Positions 14,371-27,012 of a stretch of 64,000 nt of DNA are shown piece after piece. The notes below the pieces were generated by a model. The model saw only the letters and a list, made by a program, of their open reading frames with translations. It ran no database searches and was not told the DNA's origin. Numbering within the stretch: the stretch's first letter is position 1; the number at the start of each line of letters is the position of its first letter. The position numbers and the translations under genes are program-made. Source of the stretch: the human T2T-CHM13v2.0 reference genome, Homo sapiens; the NCBI RefSeq assembly GCF_009914755.1, contig NC_060930.1; one strand, given 5' to 3'.

Positions 14371-14827
14371 TGTTCTTCCAATAAGTTTTTGAAAAGAACT
14401 TTACATCAATTTATTTTATTTCTGTTGAGAAGCCCTCATGACCAGACTCCCTTCAGCATGTTACACCTTAAATAAACAAAAGGCATTCTGAATGGCTTAG
14501 GTGGGAAGGGATTGTTGCTGGTTTAAATAAGGACGATTTGAATACCCACTACAAACTTTTCTAGCATTTGCCTAAGATGCTCACCAGTTCCTTTTGGTTA
14601 AGCGGTATGGTATCTCAAGTAAAAATGCTCTCTGAGACTGCAAATACAGCTTGGGGGAATTCAGACAATGACTCATGGCCTTGGTCCTTGCTAGAATTTT
14701 ACTTTACATATCACTACACATTGTTGGGAGTTGTGAAGAAGTTCATTATCTTCCTGTGAATAGGAGTGCAGGGGAATTATTTATTTCAAGTTTTATCTTA
14801 GGTCGCTTTCAGTGATCTCTTAATCTA

Positions 14828-14916
14828 TTAGATTGGTGCAAAAGGAATTGCAGTTTTTGTCATTGAAAGTAATGGCAAAACCTTCAATTACTGCAATTAC
14901 TTTTGCACCAACCTAA
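14828..14916. mobile_element. MADE1 (Hsmar1-derived MITE)
   Basis: TA|ttagattggtgcaaaaggaattgc ... gcaattacttttgcaccaacctaa|TA palindrome. Confidence 0.95.
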
Positions 14917-15266
14917 TAGTTCAACTTTGGCTTGGCCATGTGCCTGCATGTAGATAACACCCATGGGCTTAAAGAAAATTTAACTGTGGTAAGTTGAATA
15001 ATTTATTGGGAGTTGATATTCCACATCTCACAATTAAAAGAGAATTTTGACATTCACTGGAGACTGGTTCTGAAGTTGTGTAAAGCTCTAATCTACAGTG
15101 GCACAACTAATATTAGGCTCACATGAAATAAATTAAGTCCCTAAGCAACTAAACTTTAGGGCTTCTGTGAAACATGGAACTGTCTGAAGTGAAGGCTTTG
15201 TAAATGGTCCTCTGTACACACACTGAGAATGTTAGGCCTACACCAGGCAATTGTCAAGAAGACCTC

Positions 15267-15617
15267 TGTCTATCACCTATCTATCCATCTGTCTGTCATC
15301 TATCTATCCATCTATCATCTATCTATCCATCTGTCTATCATCTATCTATTCATCTGTCTATCATCTATCTATCCATCTATCATCTATCTGTCCATCTATC
15401 ATCTATCTATCCATCTATCATCTGTCTGTCTATCTTCTATCTTTCCATCTGTCTATCATCCATCTTTCCATCTGTCTATCATCTATCTATTCATCTATCA
15501 TCTATCTATCCATCATCTATCCATCTATCATCTATCTATCCATCTATCATCTATCTATCCATCTGTCTATCATCTATCCATCTATCATCTATGTATCTAT
15601 GTATCTATCTATCTATC

Positions 15618-15664
<47 letters not shown>

Positions 15665-15685
15665 ATCTATCTATCCATCTATGTA
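15267..15685. repeat. Complex TATC/TCCA/TCTG simple repeat with pure (TATC)11 core
   Basis: ~420 bp of TATC variants; perfect (TATC)11 at 15621-15664. Confidence 0.95.
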
Positions 15686-17155
15686 TATAGAGTTATTATG
15701 AGGAATTGGCTCACATCATTATGGAGGCTGAGAAATCTCACGGTCTGCCATCTGCAAGCAGGAGATCCACGCAAGCTGGTGGTGTAATTCAGTCTGAGTT
15801 CCAAGTCCTGAGAATCTGGGAAACTAACCATGGGAAATCACAGTTGAAAGGCAGGAGAAGAAGAGATGTTCCAGCTCAAGCAGACAGGTAGGAAAAAAGG
15901 AGCAAATTCCTCACCCTCTACCATTTGCTGTATTCAGGCCCTCAGTGAACTGGATAATGCCCACGCAGATTTGGGAGGATGATCTATAGTCATGCATTGC
16001 TTAACCATGAGGATACTGAGAAATGAATTGTTAGACAATTTTGTCATTGTGCAAACATCATAGAGTGTACTTACACAAACTTAGATGGCAGAGCCTACTA
16101 CAAATCTAGGCTATATGGGATAGCCTATTGCTCCTAAGCTGCAAACCTGTATAGCATGTTACTGTACTGAATTTTGTAGGCAGTTGTGGCACAATGGTAA
16201 GTATTTATGTATCTAAACATATCTAAATATAGAAAAGATACAGGGAAAAAAGTTATAAAAGATAAAAATAGTATATCTTATAGAACACTTAAAATAAATA
16301 GAGCTTGAAAGACTGAAAGTTGCTTTGGGTGAGTCAGTGAGTGAGTGTGAAGGCCTAGGATGTTACTGTACACTAATGTGGACTGTATAAATACAGTACA
16401 CTTAAACTACACTACATTTCTAAAAGAAAAAAAGTTTTCTTTCTTCAATAATAAATTAAACTTAGCTTACTGTAACATTTTTACTTTCCAAATTTTGTTA
16501 ACTTTCTTACTCTTTTGTAATAACACTTAGTTTAAAATATGAACACATTGTATAGCTGTATGTATTTTCTTTCTTTATATCCTATTCTCTTTTTTCTATT
16601 TTTTATTCTTATTTTTTTCTATTTTTAAATTTTTAAATTTTTTTTTTACTTTTAAAATTTTTGGTTAAAAACTGAAACACAAGCACACACATTTGCCTAG
16701 GCATGCACAGATTCAGAATCATCAATATCATTGTCTTCCACCTCCACATCTTACCCCACTGGAAGGTTTTCAAGGGCAATAACAGACTTGGAGCTGTCAC
16801 CTCCTATAACAAAGCCTTTTTCTGGAAAACCTCCTGAAGGACCTGCCTGAGGGTGTTTCACATTCAACTTTATTTTTAATAAGTTTTTAGAAAAGCAATT
16901 GTGCTACGACCTTACGATGGCTACAATGTCACTAGGCAATAGGAAATTTTCAGCTCCATTATAATCTTATGGGACCACCATTGTATATGTTGTCCATCCT
17001 TGACTGAAATGTCATTATGAAAGTACTTTACTGAGTCTACCCGTTCAAATGCTAGTCTCATCCAGAAACACTCTCACAGGCACACCCAGAAACAATACCC
17101 CTCTATCCCCGCTCCCACCACCTACTCAAGTTGACACATGAAATTAACCATCACA
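15686..17155 (-). mobile_element. MLT2B-type LTR (ERVL), split by Tigger3
   Basis: ttattatgaggaattggctcac...ggaggctgagaa...; resumes ctttactgagtctacc...caagttgacacatgaaattaaccatcaca. Confidence 0.9.
15987..17023 (-). mobile_element. Tigger3b/Golem-type DNA transposon
   Basis: tagtcatgcattgcttaac...gtgtacttacacaaac...cagctccattataatcttatgggaccacc; TA duplication at 15985-86 / 17024-25; right TIR eroded. Confidence 0.9.
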
Positions 17156-19111
17156 CTATGCCTATTCAGAAGAGACTGATTGGTGAAGTTCAAATACAGG
17201 AAGAAATGTTAAGCAAAGAATAAATAATTTTCTTTTTCTTTTCATATCTCATATGGATAAGGCCAAATAATTAAGTATAAAATATGGCATCTAAGATTTA
17301 GATTAGACAAAATAAGAACACATTTAAATAAGGATTGCTAAGAAAGAGTGTCAAGTCTCTCATGCCAGGACTAGTTGTACAGCAAAGGCAGCACTCTGGT
17401 TTTGATGTTGGCATATAAGTCACAAAGGGCAAATGAATGGGCTCTGGAAGTTCATCCGACAAGCTCCCCTACATCCACTACAGCAGGGACAGTACTGATA
17501 TTCCGCAAACATTCCAGTTTGTGGTGTAGAAAGGTCTGTGAAATGCTGGCTTGCTCCTCCATCACCTTCCACTTGTGTATGTTGAGAGAATTAAACAAAA
17601 CTCTCATTTTGGCTGAAAGTAGAACCTGGGTTTAAATGTTTTCAATCTGAACCATGTTTCCTAAATAAATTCATGATAACTTGCACATTCAAAATTAAAA
17701 TCAAGGGGCTAATTTGTAACAAATTATTTAAAAATCATTAAACGTTTTACTCATTTCCATTTGGGAACAAGGTGCCTATTTGCAAGTCTTAGAAATAGGT
17801 ATACTCTTTCAGAGAGTCTTCTGGAGCCCAGACTTTTAGAAATCGTAAATGTACATGCCATTAAATATGGTGTTCCTTTTAAGATGTGTAGTTACTGAGT
17901 AAAAATCTAATATCCTACAACCCAAACAATCATAATGAAATCCAGTCTGTAGTCCCAGTTAGGTGATTCAATGATATCATACATGAGGAGCTTGTCATCA
18001 TGAGAAACAGGAAACAGGAAATGCGGATTTCTATTGTGCAAACAATGTCCTTAGGAAAAATATGATCACAGACCAATGAATCTATGAAATAAAGGTATAG
18101 TTTTAATATTAGCTAACATATTTATAGAATTTATTGGCATAGAATCATTAAAACTTCTCTTGTAAAAGCATCATTCATTTTGAAAGTTCCGCATTATAAT
18201 TTTCCTAGTGTGATGTAATCCTTTAACCCATTATTTAATATTCATTAAAAAAGACTCAACTTATTTACCTTAGAAGACAGCTTATGAATTACTTTTTCCT
18301 AAAGTATTTTCCATAATCAAAGGCAAAGGTTTTCTTTCTTTGCATCAAATGCTATCTCCATTTTTTCCCACTAACCCATGCTACCAACAATTCTCTTTTT
18401 GTAATTTTATTGGTACCTTGAAAGAAGGTGCCATGTCCTTCTGGGTCTCCTCTTTTTACGGCATAAATTTAGCTTTCCTGGGCTCTTTGTTTGCCATCTC
18501 ATTTGACTGCTGGATCATTCTGCGCTTTCCTTTGCATCTCCAGGGGGTTGTTATTACTCACATTGGCCAGGTTACTGGGGAGATCAGGTGCACCTGAGGA
18601 CCTTTTTGCACTCACTTGTAGCCCTGTCTCCTCTTACACCTTGGGCTTACATTAGACACGATCTCAGATCAGATGGAACTTACTAGGTTCTTTGCCTCCT
18701 CATATTGGGAGCAAGAATAGCTGCTTGCGTCACTGGCTCTGGCCTAACAAGTTATTGGGAGACAGAAGATCCAGCACCTTCTTTCCCTAGGACATCTTGC
18801 AAAGAATCTTTGCTGCTTTTTCCTAATGCTTCACCAACAAGCAAGCAAAAAGGCAGATGCTGAGAAACTGGTGCCTCCTGGAGCTTTGGTTGTATCCTGA
18901 AACCAGGGCTTCTTCCTTAGGGTAAGCAAGAACTGTGGGCTGTTGTTATCAAATCAGCTTCATTACATCATAGTCATGCTATAAGGCAAAGAAGCCATCA
19001 CAAGTATTTGAAGAAGTCAAGATCTATACCTTGGGAATTCTGGAATCCTTTACACATTCTCTAAGCTTTGTCTGACCCTTCTATAAGGAACTAGTAGAAA
19101 GTGTCACTGCA

Positions 19112-20060
19112 TCACTGGTGTCTAGTAAATGTTTCACAACAGGCTTTCTGAAAAAACAAACAAACAAAACTATGCATACATATATGTACAAAAGTTTATC
19201 ACAAATTTTATTTATTTATATGTATATTTTATTTATTTGTGTGCATAGCACACAACTGACAAAAAATAATAAAATACACATATTCTTCATTGTAAATTGA
19301 TTTTCATAGAATGCTGTAGTTGATATTTGCTGAAATTGTTATCCTTATGTAGCCAACCTGTGGCTGCAATTGATAAGTGAAGGTAATTCTCATATGAATG
19401 TTGTTTAATATTTTTATAGGCATTAATGAGTAAGACAAAAGTGAAATGAAAAAATAAATATGTGTGCCAGAATTTTTAGTGTGTCAATGATGTGAGCAAC
19501 TCCTTTGCTTCAAATACAGGGAGAATAGTCCTCAATATTTTTGTGCTCTTCACATTGTAATGGCACCAGACATATAAGTTTAATCTGCATTATTAACATG
19601 TTTGTCATCACGTTCTCATGTCTAGACTATCAGAAAAAGAGTAAATCAAGCTCTGATTGGTAGCCACCATGTCCAATTTAAAGCTACCGACATAACATCA
19701 CTGATTGCAGAGTTGTGAAGAGATACACAATAGCACATCAGCATATATTATTCATTCCATACAGATATACTAGACATAAGGAACCTCTAAGGCATAGACA
19801 ATAGGAAAATGTAGTTAAATAATTAGGATGTGATGAATTTGGAGGTATTTATCTTTGCTTTTTAATTTTTTATTTTAAATTATTGTGGATACACAATAGT
19901 TGTACATTGTTATAGTTATTTTTAATAATTCATTTGATTATAAGTATATATAATTTAACTTTCGATACTGGCTTTATTTAATGACTGACTCACGAAAATC
20001 CTGAAAAGTTAATAACTGGCGCTTGTAAACCAGTGCAAGTGGGCTCCGGTGCACCACTGG
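19112..20060 (-). mobile_element. MER63C/D (hAT-Blackjack) DNA transposon
   Basis: Termini cactggtgtctagtaaatgttt... and ...aaaatcctgaaaagttaata...ggctccggtgcaccactgg. Confidence 0.8.
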
Positions 20061-20674
20061 CCATAGCTCATGAGTATTAAAAATGTTGTCATCACAGGAA
20101 ATTCGAGCCGGCATGGCTCTGAGGGATCATCTTGTTCATTACTTGTCCTTGCTAAGTGTGGACTCTGATGTGTTGCTGTTTGAATAGGAGACTGTATCAG
20201 CAGAGTAAGTTCTGATCTGGTTCCCAGGTGCCCGTGGTGTGAATCACTGAGAAAGCATCTCTACCATACATGGGCCCTTTTTTTTGAGGGGAATGGTGGC
20301 AGGGGAGTGGTAGCTCTTGATGAGGGCTGTTAGGAGGATAAGATGTCAGGCCAGCGTCTCTTCTCATGTGCCACACTCTGTGTTATGTGTATGTAGGGAG
20401 TGGAAGTTGGGCGGAGAAGAAAGGACATTGAGAAGTTACATCCCGCAACTCAGGACTCTAAGACTCTAAGGCAATTGTGAGCTTTGGGAATGTCTGAGTA
20501 ACCCTCAGAGAAAAATATTCTCTGTAAATTCAGAGGCAATCAGAGATGAAGCAATGAAATGATATAGCTCTAGGGGAGAAATAAAGATTCAAACTTGTGA
20601 TTATATAAAATGGGAGAGGGAAAAGTTAAAATCATCAATTCCAGCTGGGACTGGAGTCATAGTAGCTAAGAAAA

Positions 20675-20875
20675 GTTAATATGTACTGACTTCCTGCATA
20701 TTTATAATATGCTAAGCACTTTACATGTATAATTTCACTTAAACTACACAACCACCATATAAAATACTTTTCTCACCAATTTTCACAAAGGAAAACAATA
20801 GGGAAACAGGTTGAGATAGGAAAACTGTTGTACAAGGTAATACACAAAGCAAAGCCCAGAGCTAGAATTCATAGA
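20675..20875 (-). mobile_element. MIR SINE
   Basis: tgctaagcactttacatgtataatttcacttaa...agagctagaattca. Confidence 0.6.
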
Positions 20876-21123
20876 AATCATAAACTTTTGAATCATGAAT
20901 ATACACAGTTATGATTCCTTCCATTAGGTCCCCATGTATTGGGACCAAGAACAGCATTGAGTTTTCCTGGTTAGAGGAGGGTAGAAAGGCAAAGTGGGTG
21001 GGGTGGGTAAGAGAGTGGTCCTTAGTTCTCTAGAATATTTATCTATAACCAGCATGAAAAAGGGGATCAGATCCACCATTTCTACCACCATTAAAACACT
21101 GGGCTAAATACCACCATCACCAC

Positions 21124-21471
21124 TCCTATGGATTGAATATTTGTGTCCCCTCAAAATATATACGGTGAAACCCTAACCCCCAATGTGATGGTATCTGGAG
21201 GTGGTTAAGTTTAATTCAATCAAAAAGGGAGGAACTTATGATGCAATTTGTGCCCTTATGAAAAAGGAGTGTCCCCCTGTTTTCTACCATGGGAGGATAC
21301 AAGAAGATGCCCTCTGCAAACAAGAAGAGTGTCCTTACCAGACAGCCTGCAGTGCTTGATCTTGGACTTCCCAGCCTTCAGAAATGTGGGAAATAAATGT
21401 TTGCTGTTTAAGCCACCCAACCAAACGTTTGTTAGGTCAATAATAATTTGTTATAGCAACTTACTAAGACA
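21124..21471 (+). mobile_element. MLT1A-type solo LTR
   Basis: ctatggattgaatatttgtgtcccc...cttgatcttggacttcccagcc...ctaagaca; perfect TSD ACCAC (21119-23 / 21472-76). Confidence 0.9.
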
Positions 21472-22104
21472 ACCACTGCCTCCAGCAATAACAAAGTACT
21501 ATGAATTACAAAAGGGTTATCAACTCCAGGGGCCCAGACACCAAGACTGAAGACTCTAATCACAGTTCCCTCAATCCAATCTCCTGGAACCACATAACTA
21601 TCTATCTTTATAGAACATATTTTTACCCAAAAACCAGTATGAGAGAAACAGAGACAAATGACTGCTGACTGTAAGACTAAAGATAGGGTTTAGTTGAGAA
21701 GCTGAGGAGTGTCTGTAGCTGTACGTGGAGTAATGTCTCAGCAGTTCAGGCTCTGACCACCTGAACCTCCACTATTAGCAGAGTGGACAAGAAAAAGAGT
21801 ACAAACCTGTCTAGCAATGGCCCATAGTATGTCCTGCATGGGTTTGCCTTGACTGTTGTCCTGAGTAAGTAATTTGAATTTAGTATTTTTCTCTACTCCT
21901 TGTTTGCACTCTCAGCCCCACTGCCACATTCAAAGTGTCAAGACTACTGGCAATAATATTATTTTTATTTTACAAATTATCTTTTAGCTTGTTTCATATT
22001 TTAAAAATACAGCTCATTATAGCTGTTACTATTGTGATTTTAATAGCTTCCAAATGCAATTCTGATGAAAAAGATGAAGGAAAAAGAGCCGCTTGCTACT
22101 ATCA

Positions 22105-22676
22105 TACATGCCAGTTTTAAACATGGCCTAAAAATTCTTTGCCACTCCTCCTACTAGCAGATGGCGTCCACATCCCTTCCCTGCGGATCTGGTTGGATTT
22201 GTAACTTCTCTGACCCCTGCTGCCGTGGGTCAGGTGGTGATCCCTGATGCTAGGTCAGAAAAGGCTGTGTGGCTTTTACCTGTCCTCTTGGAGCTCTCTT
22301 TTTTGGACACTCCCACTCAAAACCCAGTCTCTATGCCACAAGAAACTCAAACCACATGGAGAAATGACTTGTTGGTGTTCTGTCCACAGTCCCAGTCAAG
22401 CCAGCCTTCAACTCACCCTAGCCCATGCATCAGACATGCAAATGAAGACACCACTTTGGAAGTGGCTCCCCTCACCCTCGCTGCTCCACTTCTCGGCCTC
22501 AGAAGTCTTTCTGACTGAGGCTCCAGACAATGTAGGGCAAAAAAAAAAAAAGCTGTCCCTGCTATGCACTTTCCTAAGTCCTTGCCTACAAAATCTGTGA
22601 GCATAATAAAACTGTCGTAGTTGTATGTTACTAAATTAACAAGGGTTTGTTTTAAGACATACATAACTGGAATACA
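22105..22676 (+). mobile_element. MLT1G/H-type LTR
   Basis: aaattctttgccactcctcc...ctgaggctccagacaatgt...ctgtgagcataataaaa...ataactggaataca. Confidence 0.75.
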
Positions 22677-23383
22677 TACCAAAGAAGCATCTCTGCAAAT
22701 ATAAACATTTGAGTGCCTTTGGTATATGCAAAATCACTATCACATCCTTGCTCTGTATATTCAGAGGGAAGAATTGCTTGGGTTCTTGGCTTGTGGAGGA
22801 GAAGTGGTAGATCCATGAGTGAGAGTCAACCTCTTAGAAAACCAGCAATGGCCTAACGTTTCTAGTTACAGTTGCTACAAGAAACATCAACACAAAGAAT
22901 GAAGATGGTCCCTGTTATTACTATAATCCTTATAATAAAGGTCCTAGGCTCCTATTTTTACTGTTGTGTTGATTTGGGCTTATTTTTCTATCTTGCTATG
23001 CTACAAACACTTGAGACTGAGTGTTTTGGGGTTATTTCTGTATCTTCTTATCCTATCTGCATTTGAGTCTCTGCGTGTCTGGGGTACGTAATGGTAGCAG
23101 GCATTCAGAGTAGCATTTTTGTGTGCCCAATGGCAATGTGAAACACAGGCAATGATCACACTTGGCCCAGATCACATACGGAGTCAAAGGGCTCATCTCT
23201 CTGATTGCTCCCCAGAGAACACTAGAAATGTGATTAGTGAGACCCACATAATCTTTGTTCCTCTTCCTGGGATGATCAGACCCAGGAAATTGTGTTAGAG
23301 CAACTGTGGTTGAAAATCATTCTGCGGGTAGGGGGTTTCTATTTTCAGGCTTCCAGGATGATCTGACCAAAGTGAACTATGTA

Positions 23384-23635
23384 GGCTGGGCACAGTAGCT
23401 CATACCGGTAATCCCAGCACTTTGGGATGCCAAGGTGGGCAGATCACTTGAGGTCAGGAATTTGAGACCAACCTGGCCAACATGGTGAAACCCCACCTCT
23501 ACTAAAAAGACAAAAAGTAGCTGGGTGGGAGGCAGAGGTTGCAGTGACCCAAGATCACGCCACTGCATTCCAGCCTGACAGTGCGAGACGCCATCTCAAA
23601 ACAAAACAAAACACAAAACAAAACAAACAAAAAAC
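23384..23635 (+). mobile_element. AluS with internal right-arm deletion and (AAAAC)n tail
   Basis: tagctgggtg jumps to ggaggcagaggttgcag; TSD aaagtgaactatgta. Confidence 0.95.
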
Positions 23636-24934
23636 AAAGTGAACTATGAACTATGTATTGAGAAAAATGTGCAAAGGATGCCCAGTTTCTACAGTTGTAA
23701 CAATATCAAAGTTAATTGTCTTTTCTACAAGCGGTTCTCTGCTGATATTTTATTGAGTGGCTTTTGAATAAAATTTCACTTTTTTTTTTTTAAGGAACTG
23801 AAAGACTAGGAAAGTAGGTACTGATGTGGGCTTGGTTATATACAAGGTTGTTTGGATTAACCTCTGGGATAAATAGGCCTGCTGCATACTGGTTTAATAC
23901 AACAACTGGTCATTTTCCTCAGTAGTTGGTTACTTATTTCTAAAGAATTATTCAGCACTATTATTGAAGGAAGGAGCCAGTTTCATGTAACATTGTTATA
24001 GTCTAGGGCAGATACATTATTAATAATATAAATAAGCAAACGTTTACTAATAAATAAATTAAACATTTGCATTATTTACAATAAAAAACCTTTCCAGGAA
24101 TTATGATTGCTTTAGAGTTCTTCCTACAATTACAGAAATCAGAGAAGTTTCTGGATAGCATGTTAATTTAGCGAAGATAAAATATTGCATCTTCTGGGAA
24201 AATCCTCATTAACTGAAACTTTCTTCTAAACATAAACGTGGACCAGTGAAGTAGACATGACTCTTGATTTCTCCCTAAGTACGATTTGCTGTGGGTGGAT
24301 AAGAAAAAGAATCTTCTTCTCCCCTTATAGGCGATGATCATACATCTCAGTTTGCTCGAGGTGGCAGTACACATTTATACTTGCTTTCCTGAAATATCTG
24401 TAAGTAGAATCCCCCTTCACTCTCAAAAGTGTTTAGACGATAAATTACATGGTCCCTCTTATTCACAAGTCCAGGGGAAAAGCTCTGTCCCTCACACATA
24501 TCCCCTTGGTGGCAGATTCCCTTTGTTCACATGAATCACAGGTCATAGCATGGAGTCCTATACCTAATTTCATTCCTCCTGTGCAAAACAGAATTGATCG
24601 AATCTATATTCCCCTTGGTTTTCACTATAAAACTAAATTACCTGCAATTAAAGCCCAGTTTATCTTATTTGTATGGATTCAATGCCTGTGACTTTTACTG
24701 AACATTTTCTGAGATTCGTTAAAATTTTGCAAACATATTATTTGCAATCATTAAAGGCTTATTTTAAATACAGTACTCTTGGATGGACTAAGAACTGTTT
24801 TCCACATGAATTTCTTAGTTTCAGCTGGACTGAAAGACCAGATCCAGTATAGTTGGAAGAACATCAAATTTGTGGGCTGGAGTTCTATGCTTCAGTTCAT
24901 ACTCTGTCCCATGTACTGGTGGAAAATACATCCC

Positions 24935-25053
24935 ACCAGTACGTGGCCCAGGATTGGCCCAATTTACACCTGCTCTCCAGTGTAGTTATTAAGACTGCCC
25001 CCTTTCATTCTCAAAAATATCCTGGTTTAGAAGATAAATAATGTGGTCACCCT
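24935..25053 (-). mobile_element. MER94 (hAT-Blackjack) fragment
   Basis: gccccctttcattctcaaaaatatcctggtttagaagataaataatgtggtcaccct. Confidence 0.75.
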
Positions 25054-25064
25054 AATTATCAGCC

Positions 25065-25210
25065 ATATAGAATCAGGCAAATCACTAAGTCTTTGTGTTT
25101 CCATCCCTCATTTGCAAAAAAATTACCCATCTCAGAAAGCTATTTTGAGGAGTGAATGAGAGGGAAAACACAAGAGCTTTAAAACATACTAGCAAGTGTA
25201 ACCTATTAGA
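25065..25210 (+). mobile_element. MIR fragment
   Basis: ggcaaatcactaagtct...ctcatttgcaaaa...ttgaggagtgaatgag. Confidence 0.55.
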
Positions 25211-26419
25211 CAAGCTTCCTATTTTTCATCCTCCTGCTCTGTGTCTGAAAGATACAAGGATTTGTGGACTTCTTACAGCTGACCCTGATTCTTGCTCTCA
25301 GCTGCAGATATTGCACTTTCTATTAAAGGTTCAGCCAAGAAAATGGGCAAGACATTTTTTTCCTTTTCCTCTGGCTAAGCTCTCCACTACCTTTCATCCA
25401 CACCACACTCATTCCTGCTTCCAAATCTTTCTGCGTGTTCTACCCACCTTGTGGAATATCTAGCTTCTCTTTGCCACTCTCACTTTCTGTATTCTTAGCT
25501 AAAATCCCATCTCAAATCACATCTTTTGAAAGAAGACTTCTGTGAGTATGATTAGGGGCTTGAAGGTGCCATCTATAACTCCTCCCTGTGAAGATTCTGG
25601 CCAATTAAGTTTAGGTACCAAAAATAAAAAAAAAAAACCCACAAAAAAACAATAAATAGGAATGGAAGCATCACTTTATTTGTTTGGGAAAGCACATGTA
25701 ACCATCCAGAGCTCTGATAATGGCTGGAATAGCACGACGCTGGAGTGGAGAATTCTATTTCCTAGCCCAGATCTAGATCTTGAAACTTACATTCTTAGGT
25801 GTGCCATGTGTGAGAAAGAGCAAAAAGAAGAGAGGAATGAAGAGAGATGGCCTTCAAAGCTGACTGAGCCTGCTGCTTAGAAGGTGACCTCAAGCCTTCC
25901 CACATTAGAAATAATGAAGATAATTTCTTTCATCCTACACTAATCATTCTCTTCTTCAAACACCATTTTAACTTAGAGGTAACATTGCACAGTTTAATGA
26001 ATTGTTTCTTGGTTGTTTCATGTAGGTCAGTTTTTAAATTGCGGCCATATTGCCAGCTCCCGAACATCACTGGTTAATTCTTCAGGTCTTCAGCATCTTT
26101 GAGAAAATCTAGGATAAACATGGCTTCTACTAGATAATTAATAGTTATTGGTCGAATGATTGAGTTGCAGGTTTAAATGTTATGTTTGGAGGGAAAATAA
26201 GACCCTTTCTAATTTGATAAGATCACATAGTGGGGCTGTCCTGCTAATGCTGATACTACCCTTGTTGCTGTCGTGCTGTAAAAACAATCTGATAGCTTCC
26301 ACTCCTTAAAAAGAGGGAAAGAATGCTGAAATAATATCAGCAAACACTTCACCAAGCACTTCACGCTCCTGAAAACATGGAAGAGACAAAGCTGCTTCTT
26401 CTGAAGAATCATTTTAAGT

Positions 26420-26835
26420 GCCAGTGGAAAAGATCGGCTCACTGGTCCACAGACTCTTCTCCTTTCCTCCTGTACCTGTAGCTAAACCTTATTTCCCAGA
26501 CTCCTTTGCATGTAGGTGTGGCCATGCAACAGGGTTCTGGCCAATGGAATGTTGGCAGATGTCCTGTGGACCACCTCCTGGCCTGGCCCACAGAAACTTC
26601 CTGTATAGGACCTTACACATGCTTTCCCTTCTGCCTGGACAAAGGAAAAGACCCACAGAGAAACTCTGACAGTCCCTGATTGGAGGGTATTCCTTGAGAA
26701 CCTAGTCCCTGAATTAGGACTCGAGGGAGAGCTACTCAAAAAGGAACACTAGCATTGGGCTGCGAGAGAAACAGACTTATTATTTTGAGTTGCTTGCGAA
26801 ACTTGAGGTTTACCTGTTAACAGCAGTTGCTGTGC
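26420..26835 (+). mobile_element. MLT1J-type LTR
   Basis: atttcccagactcctttgcatgtaggtgtggccatg...ttctggccaatggaatgt...gtccctgaat. Confidence 0.75.
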
Positions 26836-26859
26836 GAGGGCTTGCTTCTTATTGTTAGA

Positions 26860-27012
26860 ATAACCAAGGTACTTTTTCCCTTATAAAACTGTGACACAAA
26901 TAACAATGACTGCAGAATTAATTGATTATAAATTGTACCTGGATTTCAGAGAGGTTACAAAGCAAAAAAAAAAAAAAAAAAAAAAAGTGCTTCTTAGAGT
27001 TGATAAAATAGG
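26860..27012 (-). mobile_element. MER104-like (TcMar-Tc2) element with expanded poly-A
   Basis: gatttcagagaggtta...gtgcttcttagagttgataaaatagg terminus. Confidence 0.6.

Noticed and set aside
15267-15685. Regularly spaced repeat units, superficially CRISPR-like
   Set aside because: No unique spacers, no cas genes, primate context; it is a simple-sequence array.
15204-15787. Three overlapping 153-178 aa ORFs, among the longest in the track
   Set aside because: They are artefacts of the TATC repeat, which lacks stop codons on the + strand; the products are low-complexity (IYLS repeats).
20979-21007. Possible G-quadruplex
   Set aside because: Only three closely spaced G-tracts; the fourth needs a long loop.
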